Shown: positions 1-14,362 of the stretch, in pieces
Layout: each line of letters opens with the position of its first letter
Numbering within the stretch: position 1 is the first letter of the stretch
NCBI GenBank assembly: GCA_951406725.2
Contig: OX597820.1
Span: 23,374,001 to 23,438,000, forward strand
Source of the DNA: Octopus vulgaris
Lineage: Eukaryota
DNA length: 64,000 bases
Reading direction: 5' to 3'
The notes under the pieces: model-generated
What the model was told of the DNA's origin: nothing
Seen by the model: only the letters and a program-made list of their open reading frames with translations
Databases searched by the model: none
Translations under genes and position numbers: made by a program

Positions 1-187
1 GATTCCTGGACTGGGTGACGCATTGTGTTCTTGAGCAAAACAATTCATTTCACGTTGCTCCAATCCACTCAGCTGGAAAAAATGAGTAACGCTGCGATGG
101 ACTGGCGTCCTGAACAGCTGGGGAACACATACGCCATAGAAACCGGGAAAGCGGGCCCATGAGCCTGGCTAGGCTTTAAAAGGGTGC
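1..187 (+). mobile_element. tRNA-derived SINE, 5'-cut by the window edge; same family as 40381-40602
   Basis: Shares ttgtgttcttgagcaaaaca...ccactcagctgg...cccatgagcctggctaggctttaaaaggg with 40381-40602. Confidence 0.75.
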
Positions 188-605
188 ACATATATATATA
201 TATATATATTAGAAATCTCCACCTTTACCACCTTTTAAACAGGGGTGTATATTCTGAGTGTGCTAGGTGTACATGGCACACCTAGACCCATCAAAACTGG
301 TAAATTCAATATAAATATTAACCTTGCTCATTAATTTAATCACAGATCCTTATAGAAAACTTGTTATATCCCTGCTTGAAATTTGGTGGCATCGGGTGTG
401 GCAACACACCCAATACAACAACCACCATGTGCCACTAGTTTTAAATAATGTGTTTACTCATGTATATAATGTGTGGTGCAAACATACTTTTCTATGTTCT
501 GAAGCTGCACATTGTACTTGCGTATAATGCTAACTCATATATAAAGATTAAAACTTTAGTATGTTGAGTATAATGTATTGCAAAAATTTTGAAATATGAA
601 TATTA

Positions 606-775
606 CTGTATTTGATAGGATAAAAGAGGAACTTGGAAAAAAGAAGAAAAAAACAACAACTTGGGTTCTATATGCTTAGTGCTCTAATGCACTAGAAACT
701 TTTCCCCTGAATATGTGTTGTTGAAATTAGGGTGTGGCTAATATGCCTGTGTGTCTTTTACGTCATCAAATACAG
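606..775. mobile_element. TA-flanked MITE (Tc1/mariner-pogo type)
   Basis: TA|ctgtatttgat...atcaaatacag|TA terminal inverted repeats. Confidence 0.6.
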
Positions 776-788
776 TAAATATTTACAT

Positions 789-1147
789 AGGTGCAGGAGT
801 GGCTGTGTGGTAAGTAGCTTGCTTACCAACCACATGGTTCCAAGTTCAGTCCCACTGCGTGGCACCTTGGGCAAGTGTCTTCTACTATAGCCTTGGGCCA
901 ACCAAAGCCTTGTGAGTGGATTTGGTAGATGGAAACTGAAAGAAGCCCGTCGTATATATATATATATGTGTATATGTTTGTCCCCCCAACATCACTTGAC
1001 AACCGATGCTGGTGTGTTTACGTCCCCATAACTTAGCAGTTCGGCAAAAGAGACCGATAGAATAAGTACTAGGCTTACAAAGAATAATGATTTTCCAGCA
1101 TGGCCACAGTCAAATGACTGAAACAAGTAAAAGAGTAAAAAAGAGTA
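789..1147 (+). mobile_element. tRNA-headed CORE-type SINE (octopus OR-like family)
   Basis: A-box-like tggctgtgtgg, B-box-like gttcagtccc, CORE-like accttgggcaag, internal (TA/TG) tract and aaaagagt tail. More than 12 related copies in the window. Confidence 0.8.
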
Positions 1148-1504
1148 ATTAATAAGAACGTTTTTTTTTATAAGGTCTTTAAAACATCTGTCCTTTGTAA
1201 CTTTTTTGCAAGAAATTCTCTGTCATTGTGCATTGAGCTGATACATTTATTCTGAAGAAAATGTCATAAATGAACATTCCACATTTCAACAATCTCCATG
1301 CTTCACTCTTGAAACAAAGATATTGTTAATATGCTAATGTTAGCACTCAACTGGTTGGCCATTGTAGTTGTTGCTGTAAATATACAGAGTCTTTAAAGAT
1401 GTGTGGTTCTGTTTGAAAATTCAGATCTCGTGCTGCATACTATTTTTATTAATTTATCATCATCATCATCGTTTAACATCTGTTTTATATATATATATCT
1501 AATA

Positions 1505-1899
1505 TATCACCTTGATTACCTTGACCGACCTATCCGTTGGGCGTCTATTTGACACCACTGATCACAGCACGTTGTCCACTCCTCTCTGGATCGCGTCTTT
1601 CTCATCCATGTGATCCCAATCACCCTCCTGAAATCGTAACTCCACCATCGTGGAGGCCTTCTGAGTGGTTGTTTCCGCTCATGCAGGTATCACTCGACAA
1701 CTGCGTGGGTCCACCGATTATCGGTGAGCCGGGCAATGTGTCCAGCCCATCTAAACTTGCTGCGTGTATATTCTACGATAACATCCCTCACACCGGACTT
1801 CTCTCTGATGACCTCGCTACTGATGTGCTCTCTCAACGAGATTCCAAGCATTGACCTCTCCATGGCTCTTTGAGCTGTTACAAATCTCTGTTCTTCTCT
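1505..1899 (-). mobile_element. 5'-truncated RTE-clade LINE, C-terminal ORF2 remnant
   Basis: Translates QRAMERSMLGISLREHISSEVIREKSGVRDVIVEYTRSKFRWAGHIARLTDNRWT, a typical RTE C-terminus. In-frame stop follows; short tandem caaggt tail. Confidence 0.85.
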
Positions 1900-1933
1900 C
1901 TTTTTTATATATATAAATATAAATATATATAAG

Positions 1934-2302
1934 GCACAGGCATGGCTGTGTGTAAGAAGTAGTTTGCTTTCCAACCACATGGCACCTTTGACAAATGTCT
2001 TTTACTATAGTCTTGGGCTGATCAAAGCCTTGTGAGTGGATTTGGTATGCACAAACTGAAAGAATCCCCTAAATATAGGTGTGTATGAGTGTGTGTGTGT
2101 GTGTCCATCCTAGTGTTTTGTCCCATATTGCTGTTTTAACAAGTAGTGTTGGTGTGATTACATCCCTATAACTTAGAGAATAAGTACCAGGCTTAAAAAG
2201 AAAATAAGAACTGGGGTTGATTAGTACAACTAAAATTCCTCAAGGCAGTGCCCCAGCATGGCTGCAGTCTAATGACTGAAACAAGTAAAAAAAGAAAAAG
2301 AT
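1934..2302 (+). mobile_element. CORE/OR-like SINE, diverged copy
   Basis: Colinear with 789-1147, with CpG-type decay. Confidence 0.75.
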
Positions 2303-2527
2303 GATATAATTAGCATATAACCTTCTATACAGGGATTACCACAATATTATCATCAATATGAATGATTTGAAGCATCATCCCTCATATACAGATGGAGAAA
2401 GGCTTCAAGTGATATCAAAGCCTGATGACAGAAGATAAGGCAATGTAGTGCACCTGAGCAGTTGCTTTAATATTTACTTATTCTGCTCAAAAAGATTGCT
2501 GTGCATTATATATAGGGACATACTACA

Positions 2528-2833
2528 CATCATCATCATCATTACTGTTTAACGTCCGCTTTCCATGCTAGCATGGGTTGGACAATTTGACTGAGGTCTG
2601 GCGAACCAGATTGGATCTGGTCTGGCGAACCAGATTGGATCTGGTCTGGCAGAGTTTCTACAGCTGGATGCCCTTCCTAATGCCAACCACTCCGAGAGTG
2701 TAGTGGGTGCGTTTATGTAGTGTAGTGGGTGCACCAGTCAGGCGGTACAGGCAACACGCTCAAATGGTGCTTTTTATGTGCCACCTGCACAGGAGCCAGT
2801 CCAGCGACACTGGCAACGACCTCGCTCGAATGT
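2528..2833 (-). mobile_element. 3' UTR fragment of an RTE-like LINE with (GAT)n tail
   Basis: catcatcat...gtttaacgtccgctttccatgctagcatgggttgg family; joined to LINE coding sequence at 63515-63908. Confidence 0.75.
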
Positions 2834-3701
2834 TTTTTTTTTTTTGGTTAAATAATGGTAATTGATTATCTTCAATTTTTTCAAACAGTTTACCTTCTCT
2901 TTTTATTTCATACTGTCAAATGTGGGAAAGTGCCAAAACTTTAGATATTGAGCAGTTTTGTTTTAGTGCTGAATGTCCTTTCTATATATAGCAAGACGAG
3001 TTAATTTTGAGGTCTGAAAGTTGGAGTAAGGATCTCATGGTTATAACATTCAGGCATTGCATTATATTTTAACAGTAATTGCTCCTCTACAAGTTGGGAC
3101 ACATAGTTGCTGACTTTAATCTGCCTGAAAACAAACACTCCTCTTAGATGACATCCCTGCTTTGTTATTTACATATCTATTCAATCATTTTAAACATCCA
3201 TGTAAAGCTGGTAAGCCATGACAGATTAAGGAAGGTTTATAATAATCCTTATACGAAAGGATAAACTAAAATAAAACACAAAAACTAGAAGGAAAAAGCA
3301 CGGAGAAAGAAGTACAGATAACAAACAAATGTTTCTGTTGTTAAATCTTTCTGTAGTTTCCATGAATTGGAAAAACTTGTTTATGGGTGGTGGATCCTTG
3401 AAAATAAATTGTACCCCCAACCTTGGTAGCCATTTTTAGGATCAGCTTTAAGATGGCTTCTTTCTCTCTTTGACTGATAAGTTTTGCATTTGAAGCAAAT
3501 AATCTTTGCATAAGGCTTGAAATTTTGGTGGAGAGTCTAGTCAATTACATTGATCCGTGTTTGACCGGTGCTTATTTTATGAACACCAAAAGGATGAAAT
3601 GCAAAAATCAACCTTGGTGCAATTTGAAACTGGAACATAAAGATGGATGAATTTGAAGCAAATAGTGCTATAATGTTTCTGAATAGTCCCTGCAAGAACA
3701 C

Positions 3702-4165
3702 ATCATCATCATCGTTTAACATCTGTTTTCCATGCTAGCATAGGTTGGATGGTTCGACCAGGGTCTGGGAAGCCAGGAGGTTGCACCAGGCTTCAGTCTA
3801 ATCTGGCAGTGTTTCTACAGCTAGATGCCCTTCCTAATGCCAACCACTCTGTGAGTGTAGTGGGTGCATTTTACATACCACCAGCACAGGTGCCAGGGGA
3901 GGATGGCAACAGCCACGATCGGTTGGTGCTTTTTACATGCCACCGGCACGGAAGCCAGTCAAGGCGGCATTGGCATCAGCCACATTCAGATGGTGCTTTT
4001 TACGTGCTGATCACAACTACAATTTCCATTTGATTTTTATTTTGATGTTGATGTACTTGACTCAAGCACAGCAAGTCACTCTACGATCCAAGGTAAGCAC
4101 AGCAGACCATCCTGCGATCCAAGGTACTTTGGATGGGCTAGGGCTGCTATGTGAAGCTGGTGTCA
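3702..4165 (-). mobile_element. 3' UTR fragment of the same RTE-like LINE
   Basis: (CAT)n tail plus ttcctaatgccaaccact and ggtgctttttacgtgcc subrepeats. Confidence 0.75.
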
Positions 4166-5077
4166 CAATTCTTTTAAAACCTGTTTGTGATAGAATATAG
4201 TTCAAAGGAACATAGGTTATTCGAAGCTGAAGTGTTTGTCAACTTTACTCAGTGCTGCATACATTTTCCACACTGATAGATTTGACTGAGATCTATCTGG
4301 GGAGGGGTGGCAGCTAAACTTCCCAAGTTTATCTCTTGCTTCTACTGGGAAGAGGCAAGCATAATGCATAAATGGGAGAGAGAGTGACTGTAACAGGTGG
4401 AGAACCCAAAACATAGCACTTCTAGAACCCAGTTTTGCTGAGGCACATTTACAACTTACAATATTACTACAATACTATCTTAAGAACTCGATCCCTGCTC
4501 CACTAAATTCAGGCAAACACTATAAGCTATACATGACAAAAATAACAGCAGAATCAATCAATCAATAGCTTCAAACATTGTCCTTGTATACACACCACCA
4601 AGTGTATAATAACAGCAACTGATAGCAGTCTCACGTCCTGTCCTATTTTCTTAAAAAGTAACAAAAATATTGGATAATGTATTCCTAGATATATTATGCC
4701 TTAATAAATGATAGAGCAGTGGGTGTGGCTATGTCTGTGTGGTTAAGAAGAAAAATTTGTACAAGTTAACTTATTATAACAGAGTACCTTATTGAAACAA
4801 CCAGTGCACTTTTAGCTTAATCATTGAAGCAATGAATCCTATTTTAATCCTTTAAAAAATTGTTCCTTTATTTCCAGTAGATAAATAGATATCTTAGGCA
4901 TGACTAAGGCTGCCTGCTTATGATGTTCTCTTTACAATGCTATGATTTCTGGCGGCTAAGTCTTACAACACAACACCTTGAGTGAACATCTTCTATAACA
5001 GTGCTGGTTCAACCAATGCTATGTGAGGGAATTTCATACACAAAAACTGCAACAAGTTTGTTTTATATAAATATATA

Positions 5078-5315
5078 CTGTGTTGCCAGATAAAATAATC
5101 TCTTTTTTTCGTTTATTTTAATTCTTTCCAATGTTATTTGAATTAACATGAAAAATATTTTTATTGAAGTGTTTAATATTTTTTTTTTTTTTTGAGCTCT
5201 ATTCTTCCTCTACAACTTTTATTTATCATTTCTTGATATTTGAATAAATTTCAACTCTTTTTAGACATATTACAATGTAGCACCAGTTAGAAAAAAAAAT
5301 TTATTTGACAATCCA
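5078..5315 (+). mobile_element. Short deletion derivative of the mariner at 9117-10046
   Basis: Aligns by eye to 9120-9300 (ctttccaatgttatttgaa, cttcctctacaactttt, tgaataaatttca..tttttagacatat); ends ttatttgacaatcca, resembling the right TIR. Confidence 0.55.
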
Positions 5316-6406
5316 TTGAACGAATGAACTTAATGTATGTATGAATGAATGAACGAATGTATGCATGAATGAATGAATGTACAAAAAAACATACAAATTT
5401 TTGGTAGTATATCACCTAAAAAAATATTCAAAGGTCAGAGATATTCAACGCTTTTTAATACTCAGCATCAAGAAAGGATTTCCCAAGATGCTATCTCACA
5501 GCTAATGGGCATATAAACATTAACACACACACACTATGCATGTGACATCAATAATGTTTACATTATCAGAGCTGCTTTTAATTCAAAATGTAATTCAAAG
5601 GAGTATTATCTGAAGAAGTGGTATTGTTTGAAAGCACAAACTTACATAATGCTACATGACAAGTTATATAATGTACCCATGTTCTAAATAAAATTCACTG
5701 CAGAAATGTCTAGTAATACCCCAAAATACCTGTTTCTTTCATGCTTACTACATGTGTGTGTATGTGTGTTGTGTGCATGTAGGTGAACAGTAACCAAATG
5801 TTTAAAAAAGCTTGCTGTGTAACCACAACATTCCACATTTGATTGCACTGCCTGTTAACATGGATAAATATAACTGTCTAGTCTCAGATGGACTCACCCT
5901 GTAATTCAAAAGATACAACCTTGTCAGACACATATTGTGTCATGCTAATGCAACCTGAGATTTATATTAAGGGGACATATCTGTGGAAGGCTTAGCCACT
6001 TGCTCATATATTCAGGAGTAGGTTATACAGATGATTGAACAAAATCTTTCTCATTGAACAATGGAAATCCACCACAAATTCAACTGGTTTAATTCAGAAT
6101 CAACGATAGTGTACAAACTTTGTAGCCTTTAAACAAGCTGAATTGTCCATGGCAAATTCTATAAAGAAATTGTCAATGGTTCCCTAAAAAGGTCATAGGG
6201 ATTTTGAGATACTGTTTTTCATTAATATTCATATATCTCTAAAGATTTAGAATATCAAAAAGCATAAGATTCTATAGATGTTTCCATCTATGAAATCCCT
6301 GTTTTTTTATTATCCTAAATATGCTGTTCTGAAAATTCATTTTTCTCTCTCTCTCTTTCTCACACACACACACACACACACACACACATAACATTCCTTT
6401 CAGCCA

Positions 6407-7330
<924 letters not shown>

Positions 7331-7493
7331 TGCAAACTCATTCCATTTGTGATTATTGCATTGAAATAACATATTGGAGTTTACCAACATGTTAATTAAT
7401 TGAGCACTAATTCAATATATCAAATTATGGCTCTGACTAATAATATAGTTGAAAACATCAATATAAATTATAATGGTATGCTTGAAATTCTAA

Positions 7494-7528
<35 letters not shown>

Positions 7529-7675
7529 AAAAAACAGTTGGGTATTCAAAGTGTGAAAAATAACTGAAATTATGAATAAACTTAAACAAAAATCCAAACA
7601 AATTGAAAATAAAATAATTAAATAGAAACTCTGAGAACATGAACTTAAAATCAAATAATAATTGTATACAAGCAC

Positions 7676-7738
7676 CTCATCGCTATCTGGTTCAGATAAT
7701 GAGTCAGCTCGACTTCCAACATCATCAGGAAGGCACAA
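7676..7738 (-). CDS. Possible small phase 0-0 downstream exon (LCLPDDVGSRADSLSEPDSDE)
   Basis: 63 nt open frame between gcttctag| and GAG|gtgctt, phase-compatible with the 11931 donor. No recognisable homology and weak splice sites. Confidence 0.25.
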
Positions 7739-8191
7739 CTAGAAGCAACCAAATTCTGGATTAGACAGTGAAAACAGAAAGTGCACAGAGAAGCTGCAGA
7801 AATATTAAGTATTTTGCTTTTGCTATGCCAGGGGTTTTAGAATATGACTCTCATGCTAAAAAAAAAAAAGTATATATATACTGATATGGCAGTCTACTAG
7901 AATAGCTTCTTGGGTTGCACTCTTACTGGGACAGCAAGAGATACCTGGGGTGCAGCTGTTTGGATAATGATGATTTGGCATGACTGAACATTCAAATTAT
8001 TTTGGAGGTACACACATACACAAAAACTCTGTGTGTGTGTGTGTGTGTGTGTGCGTGTACAGAAACAAACACATACAGGTAGAGAGAGTGAGAGAGAGAG
8101 AAAGACATTACAATTTATTAATTGAACACAAACACTTTCGCTCTCCTCAAAGAAAAAGAGAAATATGTTCACACACACAGGTGGAGAGGGG

Positions 8192-8223
<32 letters not shown>

Positions 8224-8553
8224 CAAACATTACATTGTCTGATGTCAAATAAGTCAGCATTGAATCAGCAACACCAAACAGATTGCACCAAAACAACTAT
8301 GCCAAAACGTTTTGTACCTGTATCAGGTTTAACAGAGTGGCTGTACCCATTGAAACACACACATAGTGTTACATATATTTTTATTCTTATTATTTTGTAA
8401 TAATAATATAATATTATGCAGTATCAAAGTATTTTGTAGTATATCGATGGACTGATCTCTGACATTTTGAAATTGTAATAAATGAACTCTTCATTAAATA
8501 ATATGACTCTTTAACCTATTTTTTTAAAAATGCAGTACTGCCATTCTCTAGAG

Positions 8554-8878
8554 CATTGGTTCTCAACCAGGGTCCATATAAGGCTTTTGGGGTATCCACA
8601 CTAAGAAAATAGGAAATTGAGGACCCACAGTATATTTTAAGGATTCACGAAAAGTTCTGATTTAAATGTATCTAATGTGAAAAAAAAAATACCTGGGTTT
8701 CTTTCTCTAACATTTTATGTAGTTCAGCCTATGCAAGTTAATGTGTGAATAACAAAATAGGAATTTTGAAAAAAGTATCTATAAAACTAGCTTTTAAACA
8801 TCGAATGGCTATGGGGGTCCACCAGAATAAAGTAGTAATCAAATGGATTCATAGATAAAGAATGGTTGAGAGACACTG
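8554..8878. mobile_element. hAT (Charlie-like) MITE
   Basis: TIRs cattggttctcaacc / ggttgagagacactg with a perfect 8-bp TSD ctctagag at 8546-8553 and 8879-8886. Confidence 0.88.
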
Positions 8879-9116
8879 CTCTAGAGTATCACCAACAAAG
8901 AACAAGAATCCTCCAATATTGTCAGATTAACAATAATAATCTAGTAAGCCTTAGAACAGCAATAAAATTAATAAACTTTTAAAGGTTCTAAAAGATACAG
9001 GTTAAAATTCATGAATAAAATGTTCTTTCATTGAAAGGACTGCTACAATTTTCTTGTTTTAAAATAATAGCTCATTTTCTGTGAATTCTTTAGCATAGCT
9101 ACAAAAATAACAATAT

Positions 9117-10046
9117 ATGGGGCTGTCAGATAAAATTGTTCATTTCTTTCCAATGTTATTTGAAGAAAAATATTTTCATCAGGTTGTGTTTTATGGGTTT
9201 CTGTGGCTCTATCCTTCCTCTACAACTTTTGTTTTACATTTTTGAAGTTTGAATAAATTTCACCACTTTTTAGACATATGATGATAGAGTGCCAAGAGTG
9301 GAGTAAAAAATAAAATAAAAATGAGCATTTTTGACACCTACTTCTCTTTTACTTTCAATCAAGGTTCCCAAGCTACCAAACTCTCTCGAGACATTTGTGC
9401 TGTGTTTTAGAAGATGTTATTACTGAAAGAACTGCACAGAAATGGTTTCTATACTTCGAGGAAGGGAAATTCAACCTCACAGATTCTTTGTGTTCCAGTT
9501 ACCTGTTCAGTTCAATGAGGGCTTATTGGCCACACTCATCCATGAGAATCTACACCAATCCACTAGAGAATTGATCCAGCAGATGAGATTCTTTCATGAT
9601 ACTGTCACCCATCACCTTCACTCAACAGGCAATCCAGCTGAAGTGGCCTGACCAGTGACACAGCATACTTTTTCAGCATGACAACACTCACCCACACATT
9701 GATAATTTGACTAAAAACACTATTCAAGAGCTCAATCGTGAATACAACATTCATTGTATACTCTTGATATAGTGCCTTCAGAGTATCATCTTTATCAGTT
9801 ACTCTCCAGCAGTCTGCAAGGCATTTCATGCAACAACAATGTAAAGCTGAAAATATGGCTCGAATTCTTTTGAGTCAAGACCCAGTGATTTCTACCACCA
9901 AGGAACTGATAAGCTATCTGAATGTTTGTAAGAAGTCATGAACAATGAAAGAGTCTATATTACTGACTGATTTGTTAAAATAGTTCATGAAAAATAGGGA
10001 TAAAAACATGAAAACAACAAACAAATGAATTCATCTGACAACCTAA
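9117..10046 (+). mobile_element. Decayed, internally deleted mariner element
   Basis: Frameshifted translation ..LLLFxFNQGSQATKLSRDICAV..TERTAQKWF..F..G.FNLTD...PVQFNEGLLATLIHENLHQSTREL is a mariner HTH region. TIR-like ends ggctgtcagataaaat / attcatctgacaacctaa. Confidence 0.78.
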
Positions 10047-11930
10047 CAATTCCAATCAACTGAAGAAATTAAATGTAGTAAATTATAAAGAATCCTTTCC
10101 TGAATTTAAAACTGATAATTTCTTTAATATAAATAATATTCTAATAAATAATATCAATATGAAAGATGAATTTATGGGTCTCTAAGTTTAACACATCCAA
10201 ACAGTAAATTTCATATAAATTTCTTAAAGAAACAATGCTTTAAAATATGTCACTGCAGTAAACATCAAAAATATCTTCACCAGAGATCAGAAGTATTAAT
10301 CACAAATAAACAGAAGCATTGTTTGGTACAGAGAACAATGCTTCTGTCATGCTTCTTCCTTAATTCAATAGCATTTCTGCTAGTTTGCATTACAAGCAAG
10401 AACATTACTACAGCTGTGGCAAATAACTGAAATGCAGTATATTGATCTTGAAAGGCTGAATATAAACACAAAATATTCAGCCTTCTTCATGATTGATTGA
10501 TCTTTTTTTTTATATCACTGAACATATGACAGTTATTAAAATGATATATTTGATTATTTTTCTAATATGTTTCAAAAGAACTTGCTGTGAGAAAGCTGTG
10601 AGAAAGCTTCAGTAGCTTATGGAAGTTAACTGGGCTGATGCTTTGGATAGACATGTAACTATTCATATTTATTTTTAGCAGGAAGATAAGCTTTAGCTTA
10701 CAGAGTTAAAGATATTTAAGTTAAAATTGTTGAAATTAATAATTAAGCTAAAATTATATCAAATCTGATCACATATGTCATTACTGGAAGAAACAAATTG
10801 TTGATAGAAAACATAGAATTTACAATGAAATATTCTTGCAGCGTGTGCATGTGTGTGTGTGTGTGTGCTTGTGCACACACACACTCATCTCTCTATACAC
10901 ATATATATGCATGCATGCCTACATTTGCATATAGTGATGGCAGATATACACAAGAATATCTTAATTATTAAGTTTAGTAGATGCCTTTCATGTCTAGAAT
11001 ATAAATTGAAAAAATCACAGCCAGCGTATTTTTAATGATGCCATTATTGTATGGAAGTTCCTTATATTTTGGAATTCTGAGTCAACAATATGAAACAAAT
11101 GCATGAATTTATGAATGGTATGCGATAAGTTTCAGTAACATCACCTATTAAAATAGAATACTTTTTAAAAAATGAAAAAAAAACAATTTTTTTTATCCAA
11201 ATGAAAATATATGTATCTGCAAAATATTAACTTCTAAATATAATTAAATGATACATACTTTATAATAAAAAGCCAATGGTAATTAAAAATATAAAGTTTT
11301 GTAGTAACCTACACAGACTAGGGCTAGGGAATTGAATAAGTTCCATTTGTATAAAACCAAAAAGAGAAACAAGATGTTGATGATTAGCAGGATAGATTTT
11401 TAGATACATTTTGGAAGAAGAGAAAAAAGAAAATATCCTAATTCTGTAGAAAACTCCTGGATTATGGCTCCTACATCATCTTGTAATACCAAGTTCACTA
11501 CAAAACTGAAAACAATCTAATAGTCATACTCAGAAATGACTGTTTACATGTACTAGTTGAACTACAAAAAGAAGTTACAACTTTTAAGCCTCTACTCCAT
11601 GAACTGAAGAATGGAAAGATAAGCAGCAATTTACATTTGGAAGAACCTGGAAGTACCAGCAGCAAATTTTGGTTTTGAAAGCTTTGAATCCATAAACAGG
11701 CTGTCACTGAATACTGAGAAAAAAATTCCTAGATTCACATATGTCATAGCATAAACCACAAATGAAAGCAGCAACATCAAATTCCTTCATTCACCAAATA
11801 CCATGGGCTAGATTATAATATTCCTCATGGTGGTATGCTAGAATGGTTACAGCTAGATAGTTGAAACCAGTAAAAAAAAGTGAAAGAAAATACTTGGAAA
11901 TCTATAGCTCCTGAATATATTCAATATTAC

Positions 11931-12019
11931 CTGTGAATAGTTCATTCTTTTGATTCGGTCTGACTTTTCTACTGGTTTGGCAAAAACAACTTCTATTTTT
12001 GAATTTTCTAAGAGGGTAC
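11931..12019 (-). CDS. Next exon of the same gene (end of RRM3)
   Basis: Acceptor tctcatttcag|GT is phase-compatible with the previous exon (G+GT=Gly). Translates GTLLENSKIEVVFAKPVEKSDRIKRMNYSQ, matching family G..LDGS.IEV.LAKPV.K. Donor CAG|gtaata, 89 nt. Confidence 0.9.
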
Positions 12020-13022
12020 CTGAAATGAGAAAACAGATGAGCAAACAAACACCACAAAAATTAGGCGATTGGCAATATTTTTATATTCTAACATAACAGG
12101 ACACACTTGTGATGTTCTTAGAGTTACAAATGTAATATAGTTTGAACCAAAGTAATATAGTTTTACAAGTTAGCTGCATGATTCATTAGTAATTCGCTGT
12201 CAGTTATTAATAAAAATGTATGCAAATGTTATCTGGAATTTAAACAATGTCCAAAAAGACTGACTTCTGGATGTAGGTGTTTTAAGTAAAAAAAGATGCT
12301 TGATATTTTTATTGTTTCTGTCAATATTTCAAAATTTGAAAAGATTTCTCGTCCCCCAAAAAGTTGCAAAATCAATCTCTTACCCACACACCCATGCCTT
12401 CACCTATACATAACCCTCGTATCAACTAATTCCATCTCCTTACATTTGGATCAAATCTCTTACATTTACTACTATGACTTCTTTCTGCAGGTTCACAAGA
12501 GAACAACAGCTTACCCCCTGCTATTGCCACCACCACCGTTATGGTATTCACAAGAAGGGAAAAAAACAAAACTGGTTCTTTACCACTTTTCAGAGAACAA
12601 ATTCTCACAATGTAAATTATGGTATTGTATAGCTTTATTTCATCCTACCCATTTAATCAAACCATATAAAGCTATTTCCTTAATGAAATTAAATTGATTT
12701 ACATTATGTGTAATTTCACTATAGTAACTGGTAAATTAAGTCTGACATAAATAAATAATTGGTACAAAGCAGTTTTATTTACATATTGTTTCAGATGTAC
12801 AACAATAATATTTATAGAACTACACAATAGAATTATTTCAGGGTCAGAGACAGTTATGTCACAAATATAATATTAGCCTAATAATGAAATAAATGAGGTT
12901 ATATGCTCTAAACAAAAGGCTGTGTAGTAACTATGATATTTAAAAAAAAAAATTTTATAAGTCAGTATTATATATAAAATGTTTTCCAACTAATTTAATA
13001 GATCTTATCTTATATTTTTTTT

Positions 13023-13415
13023 TACTCGTTTCAGTCATTGGAGTGCGATCATACTGGGATACCGCCTCGAAGGGTTTAACCAAACAAATCAACCACAATA
13101 CTTATTTTTTTAAAGTTTGGTATATGTTCAACCTCTTTTGCTGAACTGCCAAGTTATGGGAATGTAAACAAACCAACACAGGTTGTCAAGTGGTGGGGGT
13201 AGGATGGGTGGAGGTGGGATGGAAGGCAAACACAAACACACACACAAATGTGATGGGCTTCTAGACAATTTCTATTTACCAAATTCACACCCAAACCACC
13301 AAAGCACTGATTGACCTGGGGGCTGTAATAGAAGATAATTGTCCAAGGTGCTGCACAGCAAAACTGAAACCACAACCATCTGGCAGCAAAGCATGTTTCT
13401 TAACCACAGCCATGT
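13023..13415 (-). mobile_element. CORE/OR-like SINE, diverged
   Basis: Reverse complement of the family from tail (gtttcagtcatt) to head (ttaaccacagccatg). Confidence 0.7.
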
Positions 13416-13458
13416 CTTGGACACAAAATCATTCTCATAAACACAACTCCAGTAACTA

Positions 13459-13620
13459 CTGTATTTTAATGTGTATAAGGAACCCCCTAATTTTTTAGGC
13501 TTAAAATTTGGGGAAAAGGCTTTGCAAAGGATTATGATACTATCCCTGTATAAGAAACTCCCATATTTTTTAAACCTAGTTTTTGACAAAAATGGGTTCC
13601 TTATACACGTTAAAATACGG
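13459..13620. mobile_element. TA-flanked MITE
   Basis: TA|ctgtattttaatgtgtataaggaaccc ... gggttccttatacacgttaaaatacgg|TA, 27-bp TIRs. Confidence 0.8.
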
Positions 13621-13823
13621 TAATTACAACTTGTGAGGCAATGATAAAATATCATTTTAATTTAAAACATTGCTTGATGAATAGGAAATATGGAGATATA
13701 CCATATTTGATGGTATAAAAGATTATGGGCATATTAGACGCATCCCAAGTTCAGCAGTACATATTCTGAGAAAATGGTTTTTAGTGCATTAAAATATGCG
13801 ATATTTAAAATAATTTAGCATAG

Positions 13824-14273
13824 GCATAGGAGTGGCTGTGTGGTAAGTAGCTTGCTTACCAACCACATGGTTCTGGGTTCAGCTAAATTGCCTGACACCT
13901 TGGGCAAGTGTCTTTTACTATAGTCTCAGGCCAACCAAAGCCTTGTGAGTGGATTTGGTAGACAGAAACTGAAAGAAGCCAGTCATGTCTGTGTGTGTGT
14001 GTGTGTGTGTGTGTGAGTGTGTGTATGTTTGTGTGTGTGTGTGTGTATGTTTGTGTGTGTGTGTGTGTATGTTTGTGTGTCTGTGTTTGTCCCCCCAACA
14101 TCGCTTGACAACCGATGCTGGTGTGTTTACGTCCCCGTAACTTGGCGGTTCGGCAAAAGAGACCGTTAGAATAAGTACTAGGGTTACAAAGAATAAGTCC
14201 TGGGGTTGATTTGCTTGACTAAAAGTGGTGCTCCAGCATGGCAACAGTCAAATGACTGAAACAAGTAAAAGAG
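13824..14273 (+). mobile_element. CORE/OR-like SINE with internal (TG)n
   Basis: Full head-to-tail match to the family. Confidence 0.82.
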
Positions 14274-14362
14274 TACATTACAAAATGTTACAAACTCATC
14301 TAAGCTATAGCAGAACACTTTAGTTATGTGGTGTCTGTCTTGGCAGAAAAGACTATTCACAT

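Noticed and set aside
789-870. tRNA gene calls at SINE heads
   Set aside because: A/B boxes are present but there is no complete cloverleaf, and each continues into a SINE body.
3341-3544. ORF with ILKMATKVGG, reminiscent of PIWI/Argonaute LKINxKLGG
   Set aside because: A single short motif with no other PIWI features and no convincing splice sites.
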